Under the pieces are notes generated by a model. It did no database searches. It saw only the letters and a list, made by a program, of their open reading frames with translations, and was not told the DNA's origin. From an uncultured Gammaproteobacteria bacterium (GTDB lineage: Bacteria; Pseudomonadota; Gammaproteobacteria; CAWCPV01), in the NCBI GenBank assembly GCA_963797555.1, contig CAWCPV010000004.1, forward strand, positions 544,001-608,000: a stretch of 64,000 nucleotides of DNA. The letters run 5' to 3'. Numbering within the stretch: position 1 is the first letter of the stretch; every line of letters begins with the position of its first letter. This document shows, piece after piece, positions 10,462 through 20,698 of the stretch. Position numbers and translations under genes: made by a program.

Positions 10462-12117
10462 ATGGCAGGTGACGCCCGACAGACTGACGGTGCCTCTCAC
10501 AACCGTGGCTGGGGCACCAAGTTGTTTCGATGGTGGACGGTGCTCTCGGCGCTGGTCGTCGGCATCGTTCTGATGGTCGTGGTCTACGCCGCGGTGCGGT
10601 TTCTGCCGAACCGGGCGGTGAGCTATGCGGATATCCAAGAGCACTTCAAGTACGGCTCCACGGGCGGTGAGGTCAATTTCGGGTTCCCCTACTGGATCTG
10701 GCAGGAGTTGCCGCTGCTCTGCGCCGACTTTCTGCCGGCGGACCGATTGCCCCCGGACTACGGTGCGCGGGTGTCGAGCTACCGCCGGGGAGAGACCACC
10801 GCGGACCGACTCGCCCTGTCGCGGGAAGGGTACAAGGCGCTGGGCATGCTCTACGAGACCGGGCCGAATGGGCGAGAGAAGGATCTGCCGGTGGGTGTAT
10901 CCAAACGCCGCAACCTCGGCCTGGATCGCGTGTTTGTCAACTGCGCCGTCTGCCATACCAGCACCGTGCGCGATAGCCCGGCTGACGGCCCGCGCCTGGT
11001 GCTCGGGATGCCGGCCAACCTGTTCGACCTCTACGATTTCGAGCGCTTCTTTTTCCAGTGCGCGAACGACGAGCGCTTCAACAAGCACAACATCATCCCG
11101 GCAGTCGATGCGCTGGGGGCCGATGTCGGCGTGGTGGACCGTTACCTGGTCTACCCGGTCGCGATCTGGATCATGCGCGACCAGGTGAAGCAGCTCGAGA
11201 GCCGGCTCGGCTTCGCCGCCAAGCAGCCCCCGTGGGGTCCCGGCCGCGTGGACACCTTCAGCGCCGCCAAGGCCATCTTCGACTGGCCGTGGAAGGAGCT
11301 GCCCGACTGGCACAAGGACGGGCGTGTCGACAGCGAGTCGATCGGCACTGCCGACTTTCCGTCCATCTGGCTGCAGGCGCCGCGCAAGAGCCGGGCGGAC
11401 GGCAAGCAGATGCAGCTCCACTGGGACGGCAACAACGACAAGGTGGAAGAGCGCAATCTGAGTGCCGCCTTCGGCACCGGCGCCTTGCCGCCCATCATCG
11501 ATCACGCGGCGATCGGCCGCATCGAAAACTGGCTGCTGACTCTGGAGCCGCCCCCCTATCCCTATCCCATCGACCGGCAACTCGCGGCGCAAGGGAAACA
11601 GGTCTATGCGACCTATTGTGCCGCCTGTCACGGTGCCTCCGGGAGGGATTTCACGGGGGCGCGAGTCGGCTTCGTTACGCCCATCGAGGAGATCGGCACC
11701 GACCGGTATCGGCTCGACAATTACGTCTACGATCTGGCCGTCAACCAGGCGACACTGTACGCGGGCACACCCTATCGGTTCACGCATTTTCGGAAGACCT
11801 TCGGCTACGCCAACATGCCGCTCGACGGTATCTGGCTGCGGGCGCCCTATCTGCACAATGGGTCCGTCCCCAATCTGCGCGCCCTGCTGGAGCCGGCGAG
11901 CGCGCGGCCCCGGGTCTTTTACCGCGGCGACAACGTTTACGACCCGAAGGACATCGGCTTCGTGTCGGACGTGGCAGATGCACAGGGGCGGCGGTTTTTT
12001 CAGTACGACACGACCGTCCCCGGCAACGGCAATGCAGGTCACGAAGGACCGGCGTTCGGTACGCAGCTTCCGGAGCGGGACAAGGCGGCGCTCCTGGAAT
12101 ATATGAAGACCTTTTGA
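10462..12117 (+). CDS. Membrane-anchored diheme cytochrome c (RoxA-like)
   Basis: N-terminal TM, CAVCH and CAACH, WGPGRVDTF, LDGIWLRAPYLHNGSVP, GNGNAGH; AAGGAG RBS. Confidence 0.85.
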   Translation: MAGDARQTDGASHNRGWGTKLFRWWTVLSALVVGIVLMVVVYAAVRFLPNRAVSYADIQEHFKYGSTGGEVNFGFPYWIWQELPLLCADFLPADRLPPDYGARVSSYRRGETTADRLALSREGYKALGMLYETGPNGREKDLPVGVSKRRNLGLDRVFVNCAVCHTSTVRDSPADGPRLVLGMPANLFDLYDFERFFFQCANDERFNKHNIIPAVDALGADVGVVDRYLVYPVAIWIMRDQVKQLESRLGFAAKQPPWGPGRVDTFSAAKAIFDWPWKELPDWHKDGRVDSESIGTADFPSIWLQAPRKSRADGKQMQLHWDGNNDKVEERNLSAAFGTGALPPIIDHAAIGRIENWLLTLEPPPYPYPIDRQLAAQGKQVYATYCAACHGASGRDFTGARVGFVTPIEEIGTDRYRLDNYVYDLAVNQATLYAGTPYRFTHFRKTFGYANMPLDGIWLRAPYLHNGSVPNLRALLEPASARPRVFYRGDNVYDPKDIGFVSDVADAQGRRFFQYDTTVPGNGNAGHEGPAFGTQLPERDKAALLEYMKTF

Positions 12118-12131
12118 GGAGGTAAAGTGTC

Positions 12132-13607
12132 ATGACCGGGATAGCCGAGGGATTCAAGAAGAGGCCGATTCTGATAGCGACGGCTGCCGTCATCTTGGTG
12201 CTGATCGCGGGCGTCGCCTTCGTTGGGTGGTACAAGTTCTTCCGCGAGGAGCCCCAGCCGGCCTGGGTGACCGCGGATCCCGATACCCGCTTCAAATACG
12301 GCTCCATCGGGGCCGAATGGGATGCCGGCATTCCCTATTGGATCTTCTACGTGCTGCCCAGGATGTTTCCCGAGAAGCTGCCGGGGCCGGGCGGCTACGC
12401 CTCGTTCGGGGTCCCCTGGGAGGAAGGTCAGGAGCTGCCGGTGGGGTTCACCAAGAAGGTTATCGGCTTCCCCCGGGTTGCCAACAACTGCGCGGTCTGC
12501 CACGCGGCGCGCTACCGCACCAAGGCGGCCGAGATTCCTACGGTCGTCACCGCGGCGCCAGGCAACACGACCAACGTGGAGGCGTTCTTCCGGTTCTTCG
12601 TGGATTGCGCCAAGGACCCGCGCTTCAACGGCGACAACGTCCTCTGGGAGATCATGAACGTCACCCAGCTCTCGTGGCTGGACAAGCTGCTCTACAAGTA
12701 CCTCATCATCCCAATCACCAAGCAGCGGCTGGTGGAACGGGAAACGCAGTTTGCGTGGGTCTACCGGCCCGACTTTCCTGACTGGGGTCGTGGCCGCGAC
12801 GATGCCATGAATCTCACCAAGTACTTCATGCTGAAGCTGCCGATGGACGATACCTTCGGACCCACGGACATGCCCTCCATCTGGAACCTCAAGAAGGACG
12901 ACGCACCCAACAACCGAATGAATTGGGCGGGCGACAGTTACGACGCCTATTCCGTCATCGTCGACTCGGCGCTGGGGCTGCTCGGTTCCCAGAACGGACC
13001 CAAGCACAAGAACGAGTTCCTGGCGCAGATCGATTGGCTGAAGAACTATTTGCGAAACAAGCGCGCCCCGGCCTATCCGTTCCCTGTCGACGAGGCAAAG
13101 GCCGCGAGGGGTAAGGCGGTCTTCGGTCAGGCCTGTGCGTCCTGCCACGCGAGCGACAGGACCGGGACGCCCATTCCTTTGGCCGAGGTCGGCACGAACC
13201 CGGACCGTATCGCAACCTGGGGCAAGGAGTACGCCGTGGCGTCCAACAAGGTGGTGAGCGCCATGGGCATCGAGAGGAAGGGCCTGGTGGAGGCGCCGCT
13301 TATCGGCTACGTCGCTCAATATCTGGACGGCATCTGGTTGAGGGCGCCGTATCTTCACAACGGCTCGGTGCCCACCTTGCGCGACCTGTTGCGCCCCGTT
13401 GCCCAGCGGCCCGCCGCGTTCTATCGGGGTTACGACCTCTATGACCCAGCGAATGTGGGCTTCGTCTCGTCGGGGCCCGAAGCCGAGAAGGTAGGTACCA
13501 AACTGGACGTCACCAAACGGGGAAACGGCAACGAGGGGCACACTTTCGGTACCGATCTGCCCGAAGCCGACAAAGACGCACTCGTGGAGTACCTGAAGAC
13601 GCTCTGA
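12132..13607 (+). CDS. Membrane-anchored diheme cytochrome c (RoxA-like), paralogue of 10462..12117
   Basis: N-terminal TM, CAVCH and CASCH, LDGIWLRAPYLHNGSVP, GNGNEGH; GAGGAGG RBS. Confidence 0.85.
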   Translation: MTGIAEGFKKRPILIATAAVILVLIAGVAFVGWYKFFREEPQPAWVTADPDTRFKYGSIGAEWDAGIPYWIFYVLPRMFPEKLPGPGGYASFGVPWEEGQELPVGFTKKVIGFPRVANNCAVCHAARYRTKAAEIPTVVTAAPGNTTNVEAFFRFFVDCAKDPRFNGDNVLWEIMNVTQLSWLDKLLYKYLIIPITKQRLVERETQFAWVYRPDFPDWGRGRDDAMNLTKYFMLKLPMDDTFGPTDMPSIWNLKKDDAPNNRMNWAGDSYDAYSVIVDSALGLLGSQNGPKHKNEFLAQIDWLKNYLRNKRAPAYPFPVDEAKAARGKAVFGQACASCHASDRTGTPIPLAEVGTNPDRIATWGKEYAVASNKVVSAMGIERKGLVEAPLIGYVAQYLDGIWLRAPYLHNGSVPTLRDLLRPVAQRPAAFYRGYDLYDPANVGFVSSGPEAEKVGTKLDVTKRGNGNEGHTFGTDLPEADKDALVEYLKTL

Positions 13608-13629
13608 GCAAGCGGCCCAGTGGATTGCG

Positions 13630-13870
13630 ATGGGCAAGCCAAAACACCAATCCTTGAAGCCGTCCACGGCGCGGGGACTGCACAAGGCGGGCGTGATGGA
13701 TCAGCTTCACGCTGCGTGAATTCGACCGGCTGTGCCTGCCGCCGGTCGCGCCGCTGAAGCCGGAGCAAATCAAGCAAATCCGCGAGGCCTCGCGGGTCAG
13801 CCTGGCGGCGTTCGCCCGTCTGCTGAACACCAACGTCTCGACGGTGGAGAAGTGGGAGGTCGGCTGCCGG
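13630..13870 (+). pseudogene. Xre/HigA-like (YiaG-type) HTH antitoxin remnant
   Basis: Manual translation across frameshifts: ILEAVH..GLHKAGVMD..TLREFDRLCLPPVAPLKPEQIKQIREASRVSLAAFARLLNTNVSTVEKWEVG, then truncated. Confidence 0.7.
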
Positions 13871-14114
13871 GTCAGGCGCGGCACGGAGATGTCGAGGGCG
13901 TCGATGTTCTTATCCGGCGATGCTTTTGGCAATGCGCGCTAGGTCGCCTCCGGTTAGACCAGATGCGGATAGGGTTGGCGTTTCTGGCGGCCGATCAGCG
14001 CCTTCGTGGTCCACATCGAACTCGGCCAGGAGGCTGCCTTCAACCTCCGCAAGGAGAAGTATGGCTTCTAATTTTGCCGATTCATGGCACTCCGCGGTTA
14101 CATGACCGTACCCT

Positions 14115-14537
14115 TCACTGCCACGGGTTGAACAACGAAACCCGCGCTTTCGCGTAATCGTCGGTGTTCCGCGTCACCACGGTCAGGCCATGTTGCAACC
14201 CCGTCGCAGCAATGATGAGATCAGGCTGTGAGAAGGTATGGCCCGTCTTTCGACCCTCCTCGACCAGCAGCCGCCACTTGAACATGATGTCCTCGGTGAC
14301 CGGCAGCACGCGCTGCTCGAACATCGGCCTCACCTTGAGGGTCAGCCAGTCCGTGAGCTCCGCGCGCCGGGTGGCGTCGGTGACGAGCTCGATGCCGAAC
14401 CTGAGCTCGGCAAGCGTGACCGCGCTAATGAACAGTCGATCGAGCGGCTGCGCGGCAACAAAGGCCAGCACCTTGGAGGAGGGCCGCGGACGCCGCAGTT
14501 CGGAGAGGACGTTTGTATCGAGGAGCCACCCCGTCAC
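14115..14537 (-). CDS. vapC: VapC PIN-domain toxin
   Basis: WLLDTNVLSE, ISAVTLAEL, DLIIAAT, VVTRN..D. Confidence 0.92.
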   Translation of the reverse strand: MTGWLLDTNVLSELRRPRPSSKVLAFVAAQPLDRLFISAVTLAELRFGIELVTDATRRAELTDWLTLKVRPMFEQRVLPVTEDIMFKWRLLVEEGRKTGHTFSQPDLIIAATGLQHGLTVVTRNTDDYAKARVSLFNPWQ

Positions 14538-14860
14538 AGGCTCACATCCCGCACCGGCATCGGCATACGCTGAGGTTCGATCTCAATGTCACGGTGCGGC
14601 GAGGCTTGCATGGCGTCGATGAGCGCCTGGCCCGTCTGTTCACCCCGCAGACGCCGGAACTCCTCGGCCGCGATGACGACCACTTCCTCACGTCCGTGCA
14701 CGGTGACGTGCTGGGGTCCCTCGCTGCGGGCGCGGCGCACGAGCTCGCTGAAACGCGCCTTGGCGTCTTGCAACAGCCAATGGCCAGGGAGTAAGGGGGA
14801 ACGCGACTTGGCGGGTTTGCCCATCGGGTCTGTAAAGCTGTCGTCATTAGATCTAGTCAT
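14534..14860 (-). CDS. Phd/YefM family antitoxin
   Basis: WLLQDAKARFSELVRRA..EGPQHVTVHGREEVVV; 4-bp overlap with vapC. Confidence 0.9.
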   Translation of the reverse strand: MTRSNDDSFTDPMGKPAKSRSPLLPGHWLLQDAKARFSELVRRARSEGPQHVTVHGREEVVVIAAEEFRRLRGEQTGQALIDAMQASPHRDIEIEPQRMPMPVRDVSL

Positions 14861-14871
14861 GCTGACCAGAT
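14851..14871. promoter_or_regulatory. Imperfect palindrome, probable TA autoregulatory operator
   Basis: atctagtca-tgc-tgaccagat (8/9 inverted match) at the antitoxin 5' end. Confidence 0.4.
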
Positions 14872-15019
14872 TAGCATGTGCCTTCGAAGTGGCTCAAGGG
14901 AAAACGAGGCGCGGGTTGCCGTAACCGTCTGTTTCTCTAGCGGGTTTAAGTCCCGCGAAGGAGTTGTCCGTGCACCTTTCTAGCGCCGGGAAGCAGCGCC
15001 TGAGCACGGTGGAGCCCGA

Positions 15020-15734
15020 CTCGTGCGTTATGCCGATGATCTCCTCACTCGTATGTGCACGGGGGGTGGAGCCACCGATGCGGGTGCTGCGCAGCGTATT
15101 GAAGCGGCTGGGTCTCAGCCTCAACGAGGCCAAGACGCGGGTGGTGGATGCCCGAGAACAGTCCTTCGACTTTCTCGGCTTCAGCTTCCATCTGCGGCCC
15201 GAGTGGCCACAGTGGCAAACGCTACCCGCATGTCGAGCCGTCGAAGCGTTCGGTGCAGCGTATCAAAGACAGTACCAAGCAGTTGACCCATCGACGGCGG
15301 ACCCCGGTGCCGATGCCCCGGATCATCGGGGAGCTGAACCGGAGCCTGCGGGGCTGGAGCCACTACTTTCACCACCGCAACTGCAGTCAGGCACTGTCCA
15401 AGGTGAAGCTGCACGTGGAAGAGCGGGTACGTACCCATCTGCGTCGGCGCCACAAGCTCCTCAGCCGGGCGCAGGCGTACCGGCGCTTTCCCGGGCAGGT
15501 GCTCTACGGACGTTATGGACTCTTCAAGCTGCCGACGACGGCACCCTGGCGCACGGCGCATGCCCTGGCGTGAAGAGCATCGGAAAGCCGTGTACGGGAA
15601 AACCGTATGCACGGTTTGATGAGAGGGGGCTGGCTACTGCGGCTACGGATGGGCTATTGAGGCACCGCCAGCCGAAAGGGGCGGCAACAGATAGGCCCAG
15701 CCTACGGTCTCGGGACACCTGGCATCTACTCGAC
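15020..15734 (+). mobile_element. Group II intron 3' fragment: partial RT (YADD) and maturase, RNA domains V and VI
   Basis: RYADDL at ~15026; LGLSLNEAKTRVV, FDFLGF, LNRSLRGWSHYF maturase (stop 15573); DV aagccgtgtacgggaaaaccgtatgcacggtttg at ~15585; long DVI ending ctactcgac; 5' part missing. Confidence 0.85.
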
Positions 15735-15785
15735 CCATTGACCCCTTTGCCTTGCCTTATTCGAAAGAACTGAACGGAGCAATGC

Positions 15786-18458
15786 ATGGGCGACTTGCAT
15801 CATCTTTCATCGCAGGAAGCGCTGGCTGCCGTTGATTCGACCGCGCACGGTTTGAGCCAAACCGAAGCGGCGCGGCGCCTCGCGCAATATGGCCCGAATC
15901 GCCTGACGCCCGCCAACCAGCGAGGCAGCCTGATGCGGTTCCTGCTGCAATTCCACAATGTGCTGATCTACGTGCTGCTCGCCGCGGCAAGCGTCACCGC
16001 ATTACTCGCGCATTGGGTGGACACCAGCGTGATCATCGGCGTCGTGTTCATCAATGCCGTCATCGGCTTCATTCAGGAAGGCAAGGCCGAGAAGGCGATG
16101 GATGCCATCCGCCGCATGCTTTCACCTGAAGCCACCGCGTTGCGCGACAGCCGGCGCGAAGTGATCGCGGCCGAAGAGCTGGTCCCAGGTGACATCGTAC
16201 TGCTGCAATCCGGCGACAAGGTGCCTGCCGATCTGCGCCTGCTGTCGGTGAAGAACCTGCGCATCGAAGAAGCCGCTCTCACTGGCGAATCCAGCGCGGT
16301 GGAAAAAAATATCGCCGCAGTGGACGACAATGCCCTTCTGGGCGACCGATTCTGTATGGCCTATTCGGGTACGCTGGTCGTGTATGGACAGGGCACGGGC
16401 GTGGTGATCGCCACTGCCGACAATACCGAGATCGGGCGTATCAGCGCCATGCTGGATGAAGTACAGACTTTGACCACCCCGCTATTGCGCCAGATGGATA
16501 TCTTCGGGCGCTGGCTGACGATCGCGATCACGGTGCTGGCGGTCTTTGCATTCTTCGTCGGCTGGCTGATACACCAGTTCGATCTCGGCGATATGTTCAT
16601 TGCCGCCGTGAGCATCGCAGTGGCGGCGATCCCCGAAGGTCTTCCAGCGGTGCTGACCATCACACTGGCACTGGGTGTGCGGCGTATGGCCAAACGCAAC
16701 GCCATCATCCGCCGCCTGCCTGCGGTGGAAGCCCTGGGTTCGGTAACCGTGATCTGTACCGACAAGACCGGTACCCTGACGCGCAATGAAATGACAGTGC
16801 AACGCGTTCTTACCGCCGACCGCGTGCTCGAGGTGAGCGGCGGCGGGTATGCACCGCATGGCGGATTCACCCTGGCCGGCAAGGATACGGATATCGCCGG
16901 CGACACCGAAGTACTCGATCTGTTGCGCGCCGGAATGCTATGTAACGATGCGGTGCTGCGTGAGAACGGCGGGACATGGCACGTAGCGGGCGATCCCACC
17001 GAGGGGGCGCTCATCACGCTGGCCATGAAAGGCGGTTTTGACCCGGTACGCGAACATGAATCGCTGCCACGCATCGATCTCATCCCTTTTGAATCGGAAC
17101 ACCGTTTCATGGCGACATTGCACCACGACCATGCGGGACATGCCTTTATCGTTGTGAAAGGTGCGGCCGAGCAGCTCCTGGCGATGTGCGACCGGCAGCG
17201 CCAGACGAATGCAGACGCACCCCTCGATCTGCAGCAGTGGCACGACAGAATGGCCGGGGCCGGCGCACTCGGCCTGCGTGTACTGGCTCTGGCGACAAAG
17301 TCTGTGGGCGCCGGGAAGCGCGAACTGAATTTTGCTGACATGCAGGGCGGTTTCTCGCTGCTCGGCCTGGTAGGCATCACCGATCCGCCGCGCGAAGAAG
17401 CCATCGCTGCCGTGCGCGACTGTCATGCGGCGAGCATCCGCGTCATGATGATCACGGGCGACCACGCCGGAACGGCGGGCGCGATCGCCACACAATTAGG
17501 CATCGGCAACGGCCGCACGCTCGGCGGAAGCGAACTGGATGCGATGGATGAGGCCGCATTGTTGCAGGCCGTGCGCGATGTGGACGTGTTTGCACGCGCC
17601 AGCCCAGAACACAAGCTACGCCTAGTCCGGGCGCTACAGGCCAACGGCGAGGTGGTTGCCATGACCGGAGATGGCGTGAACGACGCGCCGGCCCTGAAAC
17701 GGGCCGACATCGGCCTGGCCATGGGCATGAAAGGAACCGAGGTGGCCAAAGAAGCCTCGGGGATCGTGCTGGCAGATGACAACTTCTCCACTATCGCGCA
17801 CGCCGTGGAAGAAGGCCGCACCGTTTACGACAATCTCAAGAAGGCCATCGTGTTCATCATCCCGACCAATGGCGGCGAAGCAGGCATGGTGCTGGTCGCC
17901 ATCCTCTTCGGCATGACATTGCCGATCACCCCGGTGCAGATCCTGTGGGTCAACATGGTCACGGCGGTCACACTTGCGCTGGCACTTTCATTCGAAAAAG
18001 CAGAGCCGGATGTGATGCGGCGCCCGCCGCGTTCGGTCGGCGAACCGTTACTGTCCGGCTTCATGATCTGGCGCATCGTGTTCGTGTCTGTGCTGCTCAC
18101 GGCAGGCCCCATATTCCTGTTCACCTGGGAAAGCGCGCGCGGCGTCAGTGTGGAAATGGCCCGCACCGCCGCGATCAATGCATTGGTCGCCGGTGAAATT
18201 GCCTACCTGTTCAATTGTCGCTACCTGCTGGCACCGGTACGCACCTGGAAAGATTTCACCGGCAATTTCTACATACTGCTTACTGTTGTCATCCTGGCCA
18301 TCATCCAGGCCGTATTCACTTACACGCCATTCATGCATACGCTGTTCGGCGTCGTCGATATCGACTTCGCGGCATGGGTACGCATTCCGTTCTTCGGGGT
18401 GTCTCTGTTTGTGGCAGTGGAATTGGAGAAGATGCTGATCCGACGCATCAAAGGATAG
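15786..18458 (+). CDS. Cation-transporting P-type ATPase (type II, Ca2+-like)
   Basis: TGES, PEGL, DKTGTLT, KGA, MITGD, GDGVNDAPAL, QILWVNMVT. Confidence 0.95.
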   Translation: MGDLHHLSSQEALAAVDSTAHGLSQTEAARRLAQYGPNRLTPANQRGSLMRFLLQFHNVLIYVLLAAASVTALLAHWVDTSVIIGVVFINAVIGFIQEGKAEKAMDAIRRMLSPEATALRDSRREVIAAEELVPGDIVLLQSGDKVPADLRLLSVKNLRIEEAALTGESSAVEKNIAAVDDNALLGDRFCMAYSGTLVVYGQGTGVVIATADNTEIGRISAMLDEVQTLTTPLLRQMDIFGRWLTIAITVLAVFAFFVGWLIHQFDLGDMFIAAVSIAVAAIPEGLPAVLTITLALGVRRMAKRNAIIRRLPAVEALGSVTVICTDKTGTLTRNEMTVQRVLTADRVLEVSGGGYAPHGGFTLAGKDTDIAGDTEVLDLLRAGMLCNDAVLRENGGTWHVAGDPTEGALITLAMKGGFDPVREHESLPRIDLIPFESEHRFMATLHHDHAGHAFIVVKGAAEQLLAMCDRQRQTNADAPLDLQQWHDRMAGAGALGLRVLALATKSVGAGKRELNFADMQGGFSLLGLVGITDPPREEAIAAVRDCHAASIRVMMITGDHAGTAGAIATQLGIGNGRTLGGSELDAMDEAALLQAVRDVDVFARASPEHKLRLVRALQANGEVVAMTGDGVNDAPALKRADIGLAMGMKGTEVAKEASGIVLADDNFSTIAHAVEEGRTVYDNLKKAIVFIIPTNGGEAGMVLVAILFGMTLPITPVQILWVNMVTAVTLALALSFEKAEPDVMRRPPRSVGEPLLSGFMIWRIVFVSVLLTAGPIFLFTWESARGVSVEMARTAAINALVAGEIAYLFNCRYLLAPVRTWKDFTGNFYILLTVVILAIIQAVFTYTPFMHTLFGVVDIDFAAWVRIPFFGVSLFVAVELEKMLIRRIKG

Positions 18459-18510
18459 AAATTCAACCGAGCGCCATTCGGGTCTGAGCCCATTTCCATT
18501 TCGCGTGTGA

Positions 18511-19093
18511 TCACCGCCTCGAGCCTAACGCCATGGGCGATGCCAGGCTCCGAAGGCTGTCGCGCAGCAGCTTCCCTACCGAGCTCCTGGGCAGGCGGTC
18601 GACGAAGGTCACCGCCGTGGGCGCTTGGTAGGGGGGAAGGTGCGCTCGGCCGAACGCGACGATGTCCTCCTCGGTCGCCGGCGCGCCAGCGGCACGCACG
18701 ACGATGGCGACCGTGACCTCGCCGCGACCGTCGGCGTCGACATGCACGACGCCGACGTTGGCGATCGAGGGGTGTTCGAGCAAGACCCGCTCCACGTCGC
18801 CGGGGTAGACCGCGCGCCCTTCCGAGAGGAAACGGTCCGCCACCCGGTCGACGATCCAGACGTACCCGTCGTCGTCGGTGCGCGCGGCGTCCCCGGTTCG
18901 CAGCCATCCGTCGGATGACAGCACCGCCGACGTGGCCTCGGGATCGTTCCAGTATCCGGCCATCACGTTCGGGCCGCGCACCAGCAGCTCACCCGTCTCC
19001 CCCGACGCGACCGGTGCGCCGTCAGGGCCAACGATCTGCACGTCGACCAAGAGCGGCGGCCGTCCGGCGGACCCGATCTTCGCGAGCATGGCC
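18511..19093 (-). pseudogene. Acyl-CoA synthetase (AMP-binding) C-terminal fragment
   Basis: GSAGRP, GELLVRGPNVMAGYW, DGWLRTGD, VYPGDVE, LPRSSVGK; N-terminal part absent, cut at the RAYT inverted repeat. Confidence 0.85.
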
Positions 19094-19910
19094 AAAGGGG
19101 CCAGGCTCGGATATCCTGTTGCACAAAGTGGATTCATACCGCCAGTGCTCCCTGGCCTGGGTCATGTGCGACGGAGTCGTCTCGCCTGGCACGCGGCCTG
19201 CCTCGCGGCTTCGGTTCCCGCCGCTGGCCCGTCACTGCCTCAATCTTGGCATAAAAACCGTGCATTGCCCAAAGGCTGATTCTGATTCAGCGCCAGCCGT
19301 AGGTCGTTGATCGCTTCTTGGTCCAGTTGCGCCCGGAACAGGCTCCGGTAGGCAGCCTGCCTTTCCTTCGCCTCCCTGCCCAGCGACAGATACAGAGGAT
19401 GCGGGGTGAAATACGGGTTGACCTGCCCCAGGGCATTGTGACGGTAGCTCGTCCAGCGGTAATGCGCAGGATCATCGATCATGGCTGCCCATGTAGGGGG
19501 TTGAGCTCGATGTATCGCTGGCAGGCAAGCAGGTAGGTTTCGGCTTGGATCAGCGAGGATTTGTAACGGCTATCCCATAGGGTGCGGTCCGGCGGTAGGT
19601 GGTGTTGATGTACTGCACGTAGCGCCGCCCCAAGGCAATGATCAGCCGGGGGACGGCTCCGGCATGCTCGGGGCTCAGAAGCAGGTGGACATGGTTGGTC
19701 ATCAACGCGTAGGCGTGAAGCGCGCACCGCTCTTTCTTCAACGCCTCGCCCAACCAGTGGAGGTAGGCCTGATAATCTCTTCGCCAAAGAAGCACGGTTC
19801 GCGGTTGTGCCCGCGTTGCACGATGTGCAGCGGTACGCCATCAAGATGGATGCGGGGGCGGCGGGGCACATTGAAGTATCATAAGCAAATACTTCGACCC
19901 TGGCCCCTTT
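19094..19910 (-). mobile_element. RAYT (REP-associated tyrosine transposase, Y1 HUH) element with 16-bp inverted ends; ORF ~19134..19869 frameshifted
   Basis: PRRPRIHLDGVPLHIVQRGHNREPCF, AYALMTNHVHLL, RYIELNP, YRWTSY; ends aaaggggccaggctcg / cgaccctggccccttt (15/16 inverted match). Confidence 0.85.
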
Positions 19911-19930
19911 GGCCCCTCCTTTGGCCCCCT

Positions 19931-20316
19931 AGGATGGCCTTGTCGCGCTCCAGCGCCTCGATCCGCCGGTCCTTGGCATCCTTGAGCGTCTTGCGACCAG
20001 GCTTCTTAGGTGCAAGCCCGGCCTCGCCTTCACGCTCGAGCTGCACACGCCAGGCTGCTAACTGGGAGCTGTACAGTCGCTCTCGACGCAGCAGCGCCGC
20101 CAGTGCTCCGCGTTCACTGCAAACCTCGGCCTCGGCCAAGATACGTTGCTTGTCCTCGGCCGAGAAGCGCCGGCGCAACCGCCGATCATGCTCAGGGTTG
20201 GCTACCACCTCAGTACCGCTTCCAACTGAAACAGGCTTGGGCATGACATCCTCCAGTGCGCCCTCGAATCATACTGACATTTCAAGAAACCCGTGTCTCA
20301 GTCATTATTGGCACAG
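19931..20316 (-). pseudogene. IS3-family orfA fragment with probable left end
   Basis: RRRFSAEDKQRILAEA..LLRRERLYSSQLAAWR; truncated at tggcccc repeats; TG-starting end tgtgccaataatgactgagacac. Confidence 0.75.
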
Positions 20317-20320
20317 AGGG

Positions 20321-20698
20321 GATGTATCGCTGGCAGGCAAGCACATGTCCACCTGCTTCTGACGCCCGAGCCGTCCCCCGGCTGATCATTGCCTTGGGGC
20401 GGCGCTATGTGCAGTACATCAACACCACCTACCGCCGGACGGGCACCCTATGGGATAGCCGTTACAAATCCTCGCTGATCCAAGTTTGGCGAAGAAGATT
20501 ATCAGGCCTACCTCCACTGGTTGGGCGAGGCGTTGAAGAAAGAGCGGTGCGCGCTTCACGCCTACGCGTTGATGACCAACCGAAGCACGGTTCGCGGTTG
20601 TGCCCGCGTTGCACGATGTGCAGCGGTACGCCATCAAGATGGATGCGGGGGCGGCGGGGCATTGACGTATATAGAAATAATTCGACCCTGGCCCCTTT
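20321..20698 (-). pseudogene. Second, scrambled RAYT copy (5' half with two internal segments inverted)
   Basis: Near-identical to 19509..19869 but 20344..20484 and 20485..20581 are reverse-complemented; same cgaccctggccccttt end at 20683..20698. Confidence 0.8.

Noticed and set aside
15023-15573. RT fragment as the DGR or retron RT serving the FGE variable region
   Set aside because: It has a maturase domain followed by intron domains V/VI, so it is a group II intron; no template repeat was seen in the window.
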